In this document: positions 24,645 through 33,628 of the stretch, one piece after another
Layout of the letters: each line of letters starts with the position of its first letter
Numbering within the stretch: position 1 is the first letter of the stretch
From: a virus
Lineage: Duplodnaviria > Caudoviricetes
IMG/VR virus record: IMGVR_UViG_3300032217_000636
Coordinates: 1 to 38,625 of that record
Reading direction: 5' to 3' (one strand)
Length of the DNA: 38,625 bases
Made by a program: the position numbers and the translations under genes
The notes under the pieces: model-generated
Databases searched by the model: none
Told to the model about the DNA's origin: nothing
Seen by the model: only the letters and a program-made list of their open reading frames with translations

Positions 24645-27600
24645 GGTGTAGCTATTACATCGTACTTAATAATAACAGCTAATACGGTCAATGGCAATGC
24701 ATCACTACCTGTAATTACGATAATAGGGTCAGTATCAGGTGTTAAGTTTAATTGCGGTGTAACTCGTATATCTGTAGGTGTACTTATAAAATTAGACTGC
24801 GGACTAGCAAACGGATTAGCTAAATTGCCATACGGTATAGGTACAGGTAAAGCTGCATAACCACCGTAAGGCTTCCAGTTAATAGGATCAGCAGGTGGGG
24901 GTGTAGAGCTGCTTACTATTGCAGTAATTACCTGATAATAGATGCCATTATAGCTTACTTGGCTGCCTTGCGTATAAGATGTGCCACTAATCCATTGTGC
25001 AGGTCCTGATGCTTTGTTAGCTATGTAACCGCCTAAACTGTTCCATACCCTTAAGAATACGTCAGAGATTTGCTTTACAAGCCCTTGTGTACTGCCAGCC
25101 CTACCATCGCTATCATAACGCATAGCTTGAGCCGTATAAGTAATAGTAAGGCCAACGTTAATGATGCTAGGACCAGAAGCAGGTCCGTAAGGTATAGTTA
25201 AAGTGCCGTAGTCTGTAACTGTTTTGCCTACTTGTATAGGTCCAAATGCGTAACCATCAGCTAAACCTACAACATAGCGACCAGCTAAGTTGTTAAGACC
25301 TGTTACTACATTAGAACCGTTGTTAATAATGGTAGTACCTGAATCAACGTAAAAAGCATTACTGACGTTAGCAACTGAACTACTTGGTGCAGAACTCCAT
25401 GTTTGTTCCCAATTATATGGGTTGATGCGTTCAATGTAATTTTGACCATAAGTGTATGGAGCTACACCTAGCCAGTTTGTATGATCTCGATCTGGCGGTG
25501 TGCTAGATTGTACAGAATAATTAGGTGCAGGTGCTATACACACGTAATTATTACCATTATAACTTACAGTATTATTAAATGCATAAACGTCACGATGCGA
25601 ATAATAACGTGTACTTAAGTTCCAAAGTGGTGGTGTGGTAAAACGATTAGCAACTACCCACACTTCGTCATCTGATATGCCTTGACCAAACACTGTTGCT
25701 ACTGATTGAAAACCGTTGTCTGGCGTATTAAAATCAGGATTTGCGTTATTTGTACCTGTGTTATGTCTATGCCAACTAAACACGTTTTGTTCCATTTCAT
25801 AGGTCATACCGCAAAGCTGGCCTTGCTGTGTAACAGCCCATAGCTCGCTTTGACCATGCCACATAGACTGATAGTCTAATTGTGCTATACCTGTGTTAAA
25901 CAAATGGCTAGAGAAAGTAGTTAAACTTTGGCTCATGTATTTCTCAGTATAAACTGAGAATAACATTTGTCTAATTTGATTAGCTTGTCTTTGTAAGAAT
26001 AAAACGCCGTCACCTACAACTAACGGATTAACGCCAAATATAGAACCCCATGTAGAATGTTCTGTAGCTGATACTGAGGTTGGCGTTATAGCACCACCTG
26101 TAGAACTACCTGCTTGTCCAGAACTGCCGTTAATTACCCATTCTGCACCAGAGAATCCTGCAAATAAATTATTTTGACCTATTAGCCATACAATAGGACC
26201 ACGTCCTGGTGCATTAAGATCAAACGCAAATGAATCGGTAGCTTTAGTTTGATCACCTAAAGCAAAATTTTCGATGTCATTGGTGACTGTGCCCCATATA
26301 CGTTGCGGTTGATAAGCGGACGCTCCATATACAATGCGTTGCTGATAAGAGGTAACCGCTTGGGGGTAGCCACGGTAATCAGACCAGGCTCCTTCTGACC
26401 AGTATTCAGTTGTAGGTCCTTGCGGAGACCAATGGGTTGGATCTGCTGGCGGTACTGAATAGCTTGTGAGTGCTGATGTGCAAACGTAGTTTTGAGAGCC
26501 ATAATTGACTACAGCGTTAGTAGTATAAGACGTACCAGATACCCACAACGCAGCTAATGGTGCGTTATTGTAAAGCTGTTGTATTACATTAGCCGTAGCC
26601 GTGTACGGACCTGTAACGCTTGTTATTTGTACTAAGCCGTATAGAAAACCATCTTGTGCTTCTAATACAATACGTGGTGCTGTTGCACCTGCTGTTGTAG
26701 GAGCAGTAGAAGTTATTACGTTAATTCTAAATAAAGCAGGTTCTGCTGCTGTACCTGTAATATCTACGTTACGGTCAGAATAACCTGTAACGTTGCGTAC
26801 TGCATCCCAAGTTTGACCACCGTCTAATGAACGTTCTATATTAAAATTAGCGTTCCATACGCCGTAAGTGTGTGCTTCCCAATTACCGTATATCTCTATT
26901 TGTTGCGATAATCCATTTGCACCATAAGGGAAAGCTGATGATGGACTTGCAGCGTCTATTTCGACAGATGATGAACTGCGTAGTGTAGCTATTTGCCAAT
27001 AAGAATTTACATGGCCTTGATTGCTACCGCTAGGTGCTTGAAATATAGTAACAAGTTGCCATAAACCAGCAGCTAAATCTGCGGGAAAACTAGGCGATGA
27101 ATTGTTTTGTATTACACATTGGTAAATATTGCCACTGTTTGATACGGTGTTACCTACTTCGTAAAAGTTATACGATACCCAAGCAGGTGCATTAGCAGTT
27201 AAAGTAATGCTGCCACTTGCTGAACTAGCAGTTAATGTTGTTTGATTAGCGTTTTGATCAAGTAAAGCAGGTGTTAAAAACTGCACTTGTTTCATAACCC
27301 AGTACGTATCAGAATAACGTGTAAGACTATAAACAGGGTAATTAGGATGTGTTATGTACAATACATCGTTTACTTGGCAAAAAGCTAATTTCCAAATATC
27401 GGTTGAGTAAGGGGAATTTATAACACCTAAACTATTAGTAGTATAAGACGCTTGGTACGGTGTAGGTACTTCTAAAATTGTCTGTTGTATAAAACGTGCT
27501 GGCTGACTGTAAGGATCAGCAGGTGCTGTACCTGCTATTGTGTTGTAATAAATTAAACTGGTTGTTGGTGACGTTATATACGCACCCGCAGGGTAAGCAT

Positions 27601-27964
27601 TGCCCGATACCCAAGTTGGTGCAGTAGCTACATTAACTTGCTGACCGTTGCTGTAAAAACGTATGTACTCGTGACCAAATTCTAAAACAAATGTAGTCGT
27701 AGGACTGTAAATAAACTTTTGTAATCTTGTAGCGTAATTAGTAACTGTTGTTACGCCACCTACCGTATTAGCGTATGAACCTGCTTTAGCTGTAGCTATA
27801 AATTGTGTACCTGGCCTTCTTGTGACTGGTCCCTGTTTATAAGGGATCATGTTCACCATCTGTCTAGATGCTGATTTGTATTTCTCTTGGTCTATTCTAG
27901 CGTCTAGCTTTGGGCTAAACTCTCCACCAGTGAAACTAATTTGTGTATCTATTGATTTAGCCAT
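24641..27964 (-). CDS. Tail tubular protein B / nozzle with five CBM-like inserts
   Basis: SFTGGEFSPKL.AR.D, RRPGT.F, LEFG..YIRFY, Q.NDV.YITHP, WSEGAWS..RGYP, DSG, LPLTV. Start MAKS at 27964. Confidence 0.92.
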   Translation of the reverse strand: MAKSIDTQISFTGGEFSPKLDARIDQEKYKSASRQMVNMIPYKQGPVTRRPGTQFIATAKAGSYANTVGGVTTVTNYATRLQKFIYSPTTTFVLEFGHEYIRFYSNGQQVNVATAPTWVSGNAYPAGAYITSPTTSLIYYNTIAGTAPADPYSQPARFIQQTILEVPTPYQASYTTNSLGVINSPYSTDIWKLAFCQVNDVLYITHPNYPVYSLTRYSDTYWVMKQVQFLTPALLDQNANQTTLTASSASGSITLTANAPAWVSYNFYEVGNTVSNSGNIYQCVIQNNSSPSFPADLAAGLWQLVTIFQAPSGSNQGHVNSYWQIATLRSSSSVEIDAASPSSAFPYGANGLSQQIEIYGNWEAHTYGVWNANFNIERSLDGGQTWDAVRNVTGYSDRNVDITGTAAEPALFRINVITSTAPTTAGATAPRIVLEAQDGFLYGLVQITSVTGPYTATANVIQQLYNNAPLAALWVSGTSYTTNAVVNYGSQNYVCTSALTSYSVPPADPTHWSPQGPTTEYWSEGAWSDYRGYPQAVTSYQQRIVYGASAYQPQRIWGTVTNDIENFALGDQTKATDSFAFDLNAPGRGPIVWLIGQNNLFAGFSGAEWVINGSSGQAGSSTGGAITPTSVSATEHSTWGSIFGVNPLVVGDGVLFLQRQANQIRQMLFSVYTEKYMSQSLTTFSSHLFNTGIAQLDYQSMWHGQSELWAVTQQGQLCGMTYEMEQNVFSWHRHNTGTNNANPDFNTPDNGFQSVATVFGQGISDDEVWVVANRFTTPPLWNLSTRYYSHRDVYAFNNTVSYNGNNYVCIAPAPNYSVQSSTPPDRDHTNWLGVAPYTYGQNYIERINPYNWEQTWSSAPSSSVANVSNAFYVDSGTTIINNGSNVVTGLNNLAGRYVVGLADGYAFGPIQVGKTVTDYGTLTIPYGPASGPSIINVGLTITYTAQAMRYDSDGRAGSTQGLVKQISDVFLRVWNSLGGYIANKASGPAQWISGTSYTQGSQVSYNGIYYQVITAIVSSSTPPPADPINWKPYGGYAALPVPIPYGNLANPFASPQSNFISTPTDIRVTPQLNLTPDTDPIIVITGSDALPLTVLAVIIKYDVIATP

Positions 27965-28802
27965 TGATGAAATACCAACGTGCAGCAACGAAACGTGAGG
28001 AATTTACAGGCGTAAAACGTACAGGTACACGTTCACCTGCGTTCTTAGTCATAGCATGGGACAATGTTTGTTTATAGATAGCAAGCATAGCTTCTTCTAT
28101 TCTGCCACCGTCTTGACGAAGTGGTGTTGCAATAGCTGCTGCTAATTTATAAGTTACACAATCAACAAATAAAGGGTCCCAACGTGTAGTGTCTTGATTG
28201 TTAGAAACGTACTTAATTGAAGTTTGTGGCGTGTTTGTAAATATTAACTGACCGTTAATTTCAAATTCATCTGAGTTCATGTTGCCATAAACTTCATCGT
28301 TAGAACCTTGATTTATTGTATCAAGTAATATGAAGTCACTAGGCAAAGCGAAAGAGTAAGGCCAACCAGAAGGATAAGATGATCCATCGGGATACCCTCC
28401 GAAGGCGTTGTAGTCTGGATAGTCCGCTTGTACGAGAGCACCTGTAGTAAGATCGTTAGTAAAATTACCCGACGAAGTGTAAGCGTATTGAGTAAGATAA
28501 ATGGCGTTGCCATAAGATAGATATACGTTTGCTGCGTAAGACGTATATGGTGCCCAAGGTATAGATGCAGGAGTACCGCCTTGAGTTGGTAGCGGAGTTT
28601 GCGGAACTTGGTTTAATACCGCAGTAGTAAGTAAACAATTCCAACGTGTAGCACGAGCTACTGTTTCAAATGCTATTTGGAAATTACTGTTACAAACAAT
28701 CGCCGACGGATTTGTTAGATCGGTAAGTGATTGAATAGATTGTGCACCAATCTTTGCTAACGCTAAGTTAGCTATGTCCGTAGGTGATAATGTTGTAAAC
28801 AT
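27957..28802 (-). CDS. Tail tubular protein A / adaptor
   Basis: DIANLALAKIG, RWNC, W.YSF.LPSDF, IKYV, WDPLF..C...KLA. Confidence 0.9.
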   Translation of the reverse strand: MFTTLSPTDIANLALAKIGAQSIQSLTDLTNPSAIVCNSNFQIAFETVARATRWNCLLTTAVLNQVPQTPLPTQGGTPASIPWAPYTSYAANVYLSYGNAIYLTQYAYTSSGNFTNDLTTGALVQADYPDYNAFGGYPDGSSYPSGWPYSFALPSDFILLDTINQGSNDEVYGNMNSDEFEINGQLIFTNTPQTSIKYVSNNQDTTRWDPLFVDCVTYKLAAAIATPLRQDGGRIEEAMLAIYKQTLSHAMTKNAGERVPVRFTPVNSSRFVAARWYFING

Positions 28803-28809
28803 ATAAAGT

Positions 28810-28851
28810 AAAAAGCCCGATAGTCACGTCGCCACAACGCAACTATCGGGC
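28810..28851 (-). terminator. Intrinsic terminator after the capsid/cement genes
   Basis: gcccgatagt/actatcgggc 10 bp stem (extendable with G-U pairs on the minus strand) plus TTTTT. Confidence 0.8.
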
Positions 28852-28882
28852 AGGTTTTAATTACGTCAAACCACTAACCCAA

Positions 28883-29590
28883 TTAGTTGTTATCGATGAT
28901 CTCGAAGCGGAACACACTGACTGCTCCTGCAACTGGACTACCAATAGTAGCAACAAGTGCTTGCAACCAGCAATCTTCAGACACGAGGTATGGAGCATAT
29001 AATGCTGTACCACCTGTTGTAGATACGTTACCGCTTGCACTAGCACAGTTGATAGCTGTCGAATAACGTACTGAATTTGCAATCCAGTATGTAGTATCCG
29101 AGTGTGGAGCTGTCGTCTGTGAGCTTGTTGTAGCTTTGATACAGGTGTATGTTTGGTTCGCAGGACTTGAAGTTGCGTCCAATACAATCTGTCCAACTGC
29201 GTAAACAGTTCCAGAAACCCAAGTTGGAGCTTGGATAACAGTTAATGAATTTGGTGCTGTTTGTGGATTTGGGATTGGCAAGTTAGTTGCCAAACCTTGA
29301 TCGTTATCACCAATCGCTAATGTTAATGTTGTCGCAGGAGCTGTTGTGCCACTGGAAACACGTCCGTTAGGATCGATCATTGCACCAGAAGGTATGATAG
29401 CAATGTTGATAAGGTCGTATTGTGCTTCGTTACCGGTCCATGTGTATGTTGCGGTAATTTTGCCCGGACCTTCAAGGATAGGGTTGTTCTGTACACCCGG
29501 TTGGGTAGTCAACATTGTCAGGCCAGTTTGGCCCGGAAAGTTGACACCTTGGATTTGATTAGACGCTACGTCTGTATAATAGATAGCCAT
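28883..29590 (-). CDS. Capsid cement/decoration-like protein with CBM-like insert
   Basis: Directly after the MCP with an AGGAG RBS; jelly-roll pattern IAIIPSGAMI...TLAIGD. Confidence 0.7.
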   Translation of the reverse strand: MAIYYTDVASNQIQGVNFPGQTGLTMLTTQPGVQNNPILEGPGKITATYTWTGNEAQYDLINIAIIPSGAMIDPNGRVSSGTTAPATTLTLAIGDNDQGLATNLPIPNPQTAPNSLTVIQAPTWVSGTVYAVGQIVLDATSSPANQTYTCIKATTSSQTTAPHSDTTYWIANSVRYSTAINCASASGNVSTTGGTALYAPYLVSEDCWLQALVATIGSPVAGAVSVFRFEIIDNN

Positions 29591-29614
29591 GTTAGTTGTC
29601 TCCTATGTTAATGG

Positions 29615-30529
29615 TTAAACGGATTCGTCGCAATTTACTTGGACTACACCCTTTTCTTCCATACGAGTCGCATCCATCAAAAGTGCGGTACGCACTTGTA
29701 TTGCATGACTTTGCATAGGTAGAATGTCGATGTGAGTACGTACATCTTCGCCAATACCCATTAAGAGGAAATCTTTTTGGTAAGCTACACAAGTACGGAT
29801 TGTTGTTGAACCAGCTTGGTAAGGAACCAACTGTGTACGAACGAAATGGAAGCCCATAAAGTCACGGATCATACCGTCACGTAGAGCACGCACGTCGTTA
29901 TAAAGTACGCTGTTTACTTGATCAACGTTAGTGATTAAGTTGTTTAATTGTTTTGCAGAATAGATGAATACGCGACCCTCTTCCTTAACGTCGTTAGCAT
30001 CCATGATGTAGGATGTTTGCGTTAATTTAGCGAGTTGCAGACCCGAATTTGCAGAACCTGATCCATAAGTAACACCAACTTGTTGCGTAGAAGGCAGCGT
30101 TGTAGCTGTAGTTCCTTGAGCACCAGTATAGTTTGTACCTAATAGAGCATTGATTAAGATAATATCCTTCTGTCTGTTAGCAGCGATAGCGTGTTGCTTT
30201 GCTGTTGGAGACTGTGGGTCAGGTAATTGACCGAGAAGGATATGATCAAAGTAATCAATCCAAGTGGTCTTATCGTATGGACGAGGACGGACCCAACGGA
30301 AGAATGTAGGAATGTCGGAAGGCTCAGATTTTTGAGCACGAGCGGTAATCTGACGCAGAGCGTAAGATTGGTCGCCGATTTGATCGAAACGCTTTTGATT
30401 GCCGTTTACGTTGTCAGATGTGTACATCCCAGCTAGACGGTGATCAACTTGTTGGGCCATGATTTCACGCCAAATGTCGTCGAACGCTGTCTCGTAGTGG
30501 GGAGGTAATGAGAATATTGCACCAGCCAT
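29615..30529 (-). CDS. Major capsid protein
   Basis: 304 aa, downstream of scaffold. QQ..HRL, AANRQKD.I.I.A, FMGFHF, A.RMEEKGVV pattern of BPP-1-like capsids. Confidence 0.92.
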   Translation of the reverse strand: MAGAIFSLPPHYETAFDDIWREIMAQQVDHRLAGMYTSDNVNGNQKRFDQIGDQSYALRQITARAQKSEPSDIPTFFRWVRPRPYDKTTWIDYFDHILLGQLPDPQSPTAKQHAIAANRQKDIILINALLGTNYTGAQGTTATTLPSTQQVGVTYGSGSANSGLQLAKLTQTSYIMDANDVKEEGRVFIYSAKQLNNLITNVDQVNSVLYNDVRALRDGMIRDFMGFHFVRTQLVPYQAGSTTIRTCVAYQKDFLLMGIGEDVRTHIDILPMQSHAIQVRTALLMDATRMEEKGVVQVNCDESV

Positions 30530-30680
30530 GAGAGTATGAGAATTGAGATTTAATACGGCGATATACCGTACTGATTTGTACGTTCGCTCCTCGGTTGTCC
30601 CATAAGGGATCGATCATCGAACACTATTGTTCGACAAGTGATCGGGTCAGCTTACGCTGGTTCTCCTCTGTTTGTCTGTG
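30530..30680 (-). promoter_or_regulatory. Structured 5' leader of the major capsid gene
   Basis: Four hairpins including a GUAA tetraloop; repeated GGA(G/C)AACC. Confidence 0.55.
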
Positions 30681-30685
30681 TGCAT

Positions 30686-30717
30686 AAAAAAGCACCTGAC
30701 TGTTTAGTCAAGTGCTT
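30686..30717 (-). terminator. Terminator hairpin with embedded TTGACT
   Basis: aagcacttgact-aaac-agtcaggtgctt followed by TTTT. Confidence 0.65.
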
Positions 30718-30742
30718 AGTATGTATGAACTATAATTTACTA

Positions 30743-31141
30743 TTAGGTAATAGCAGATGTGCGACTTGCTTCGTTCCAAGTTGTACCGTCAGAACAGAAT
30801 GTAACTAATATAATTTTAGATGCTGTACCTGTTACTGTACCTGTTGTGCGGAAACCAGTTGAGAACGTAATTGTACGTGCTCCACCAGAATCATTGTTAA
30901 TTTGTATAACTAAACGTGCTCCAGCCTGTGGAACGTATGCTGCCGTCAAGGTAGCACTGCCTACTGCTGATGTCGTGTTAATAGCTATGAAACGTGAGAA
31001 TTGTAATGTAGGAGCAAGCTCTATTGATGAAGCATATACAGGTGCAATACCTGTTGTACCTTGACCTGGAGCTGTAACGCCAGAACCTGTAATTTGTGCT
31101 ACAAAGTCTGGATTTGGTGAAAATGCTGTGTTTATTGCCAT
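30743..31141 (-). CDS. Small beta-sandwich structural protein
   Basis: GARLVIQINNDSGGARTITF...ILVTFCSDGTTW resembles the C-terminal domain of the 13227 fibre. Confidence 0.75.
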   Translation of the reverse strand: MAINTAFSPNPDFVAQITGSGVTAPGQGTTGIAPVYASSIELAPTLQFSRFIAINTTSAVGSATLTAAYVPQAGARLVIQINNDSGGARTITFSTGFRTTGTVTGTASKIILVTFCSDGTTWNEASRTSAIT

Positions 31142-31163
31142 GATGTAAGTTGGGGGACGAGGG

Positions 31164-31472
31164 CTAACTTAGGACAGATTGAGGTATTGTCAATGCTTCG
31201 CCGTCAAGTACGCCGTTAATATCACGTAAACGACCACAGATAAACATATTACCCTCGTAAATAAATTTCTCACCCCATGATTCTGACACATGAATTATGC
31301 TACCAACAGGTGCAGTTTCTTGTGCTTGCGGTCCAGAACCTACTACAACACATCTAAAATGCGTGCGTAAAGCTTGTTGATAGTTAGGTGGTATGATTAA
31401 TATGCCTTGTTTATTTGTTTCTTCTACTGGTCTAGCTATTAAGTTATCTTTTAAAGGACGTGGTATCTTCAT
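31164..31472 (-). CDS. groES: GroES-like co-chaperonin (Cpn10)
   Basis: RPLKDNLIARP, mobile loop GILIIP, VVVGSGP, VGSII, DINGVL. Confidence 0.82.
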   Translation of the reverse strand: MKIPRPLKDNLIARPVEETNKQGILIIPPNYQQALRTHFRCVVVGSGPQAQETAPVGSIIHVSESWGEKFIYEGNMFICGRLRDINGVLDGEALTIPQSVLS

Positions 31473-32464
31473 TATTTCATTCCTCTTTTACCTGCTTCAA
31501 CCATAAGGCTTTGGTAACGAGCTTTTGCTATACCGTTTTGTGGATGTGAACCATTTGTAAGTGCTTCGTATAATGGATTAGATTTGTTATGTATCATATC
31601 ACGAGCAAGTTCTAATGGATTATTAGTAGCATTTGTACTTGATGTACCAGACACGAATTTATCCTCAGATGTAGTCATAGCATGACGCATAGCCATTAAG
31701 AAAACATTACTGTTTTTCATTAATGTTTGATGCTCTGGATTATTCATATCTAAACCCAAACGCATAGCACCACGTTCTGCTAATTCTTGTGCTTTAGTTA
31801 ATGGAATATTCTCATTACGCAGGGTTGCTTCTAAGTTTTTCTGCTGAGTAGAAAAAAAGTTCTTTTCATAGTCTGCTTGTGCAGCAACTTGCTTTTGTAG
31901 TTCTGCGGTTTGCAAAGCTACAAGGTCTTTTAGCATCTGTGGAGATGCAGAATACTTATGTGCTATTTCTGCTGCACCTTTAGCTAATGCTTCGTTCCAT
32001 AGTTCATTAGCAATGTTTTCAGGTTTAGCTATACCGTAATCTTTAGGATCTTTAGGTACGCCGTTGATAGAATCTAATAATGCTTTACGTTCAGCAATTA
32101 CTTCTGGTGCTGCGTTTGCTGGTAAAGGTGCAAGACCTTTTTTGCCAGCAAGCGTTTGCTGATTAGCCATTACAGTTAATACATCATCAAACGTCTTTTG
32201 ACGTGCTAATGTATTTTTAAGTGAAGTGTGATGATCTGGTAAATTATCTAATGCTTTATGGTTTAGTGTACCGTCAGCATTGATAAAACTTTTATAAAAC
32301 GGCTCTTTAACAGCAGATGTGGCAGTCTGTGTTGTAGGTGCAGTTTGATTAAGTGCAGGTATGTTTGCTTCTACTGGTGTAGGAGCAAAATTTAAAGCAG
32401 GTGCAGATCCACCACTAGGTGCATCGCCTGTTATAGAATCATACAGTGGCGTGTGTGGAATCAT
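31472..32464 (-). CDS. Capsid scaffolding protein
   Basis: Between portal and MCP; low-complexity N-terminus, GVPKDPKDY, helical core, SED, HPQ near the C-terminus. Confidence 0.85.
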   Translation of the reverse strand: MIPHTPLYDSITGDAPSGGSAPALNFAPTPVEANIPALNQTAPTTQTATSAVKEPFYKSFINADGTLNHKALDNLPDHHTSLKNTLARQKTFDDVLTVMANQQTLAGKKGLAPLPANAAPEVIAERKALLDSINGVPKDPKDYGIAKPENIANELWNEALAKGAAEIAHKYSASPQMLKDLVALQTAELQKQVAAQADYEKNFFSTQQKNLEATLRNENIPLTKAQELAERGAMRLGLDMNNPEHQTLMKNSNVFLMAMRHAMTTSEDKFVSGTSSTNATNNPLELARDMIHNKSNPLYEALTNGSHPQNGIAKARYQSLMVEAGKRGMK

Positions 32465-32661
32465 TTGGTTTTAACAACAGGTGCTGCTTCGGTGTTATTT
32501 TCTTCACGTTGTGCATACATAGCTTGAGCAAGTTTAAATGCCATAGCTGAACAATCTGCATAATCTTGTTCACGAGAGAAATCAAACTTCTCACGAAATG
32601 CTACCATAGCAGCTATTGCTGCATCATCTATAAATTTTACTTTTTCAGTGTTGTTACTCAT
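32461..32661 (-). CDS. Hypothetical protein
   Basis: AAIAAM...AFKLAQAMYAQR helical hairpin; ATGA couplings. Confidence 0.7.
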   Translation of the reverse strand: MSNNTEKVKFIDDAAIAAMVAFREKFDFSREQDYADCSAMAFKLAQAMYAQREENNTEAAPVVKTK

Positions 32662-33296
32662 AATTCGTCATCTCCGTCTGTTATTGTGTTTTCACCAACA
32701 ATTTCGTCTTTAGTAAATACTAGAGAACATTTACGAGTACCAATTAACTGGTTATCAAGTGTAACTACTTGCATCTCATAATTAATTGCACCTGTGCTCC
32801 ATGTTTTTGCACCTTGTTGTATTTTTTCAAGGTTGTTATCGTCTGCTGTGTTACGATCGTCACGTATTACAGGTATCAAACGTTTTACTGTAGCTCTGCG
32901 TGGTTCATTGTACTGATCTACAAATACGCCAAAACGTGCATAAAATTGTTGTGGGAAATGCTTAAGTTCCCATGCGTTAAATACTGGATCATCTTCACCT
33001 AATAGCTTGTTACGCTTAGGTGCAGGTGGCGTGTTAGTTTTTACTTCGTCACGCTTTTGTCCTTTAATGCTAATTTCTTTTATTTTACGCTCTGATACTT
33101 GGCGACCGTCACCAATAGTACCAATTAATACTGCAATACGTTGTCCGTGTTTGGCAGATATTTCTTTTGATTCGTATTCAATATGACCTGTTTCTTGGTC
33201 ATACGTAGCAAGCAAGGTTTGTTTACCTCTGCGATTGTTTACTATTCTTCCGTCATCCAAGAGTTCAAACTCTGGAGCTGATGTGGCATCTGACAT
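32658..33296 (-). CDS. Hypothetical protein
   Basis: 212 aa ORF in the head module. Confidence 0.75.
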   Translation of the reverse strand: MSDATSAPEFELLDDGRIVNNRRGKQTLLATYDQETGHIEYESKEISAKHGQRIAVLIGTIGDGRQVSERKIKEISIKGQKRDEVKTNTPPAPKRNKLLGEDDPVFNAWELKHFPQQFYARFGVFVDQYNEPRRATVKRLIPVIRDDRNTADDNNLEKIQQGAKTWSTGAINYEMQVVTLDNQLIGTRKCSLVFTKDEIVGENTITDGDDEL

Positions 33297-33299
33297 ATT

Positions 33300-33620
33300 T
33301 TACCTTTTAGTTATGGGTTGTGGCTTATTATCTTCTGCTTTCTGAGAAAGTTTTAACTGTCTTTCAATTATGCGTAAGACAGATGATGCACCGTCACGAT
33401 GTGCTGCTGCTAATGCGATCTTGTATCCGTCTGCTTCTGCAAACTGAAATATGTTTCCGCTTTCACCTGCACATCTTTTTAGATGTTCTATAACATCGTT
33501 TTGTGCTTGTGAGCGTTGTCCTTCTAAACCAATGACCTGCAAGAAAGAATCTGCTACTCTACCTTGCTCTATTTTGGTTTGTACTAATGGGTCTAATTTA
33601 TCAGTAGGTGCTAATGACAT
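33300..33620 (-). CDS. Bbp19-like protein
   Basis: Follows the portal; VIEHLKRC...AAHRDG.SSVLRII pattern. Confidence 0.7.
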   Translation of the reverse strand: MSLAPTDKLDPLVQTKIEQGRVADSFLQVIGLEGQRSQAQNDVIEHLKRCAGESGNIFQFAEADGYKIALAAAHRDGASSVLRIIERQLKLSQKAEDNKPQPITKR

Positions 33621-33628
33621 TATTTGGG

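Noticed and set aside
29590-29620. T7-like capsid frameshift/readthrough extension
   Set aside because: The MCP ends in TAA with no slippery run, and the next gene has its own AGGAG RBS.
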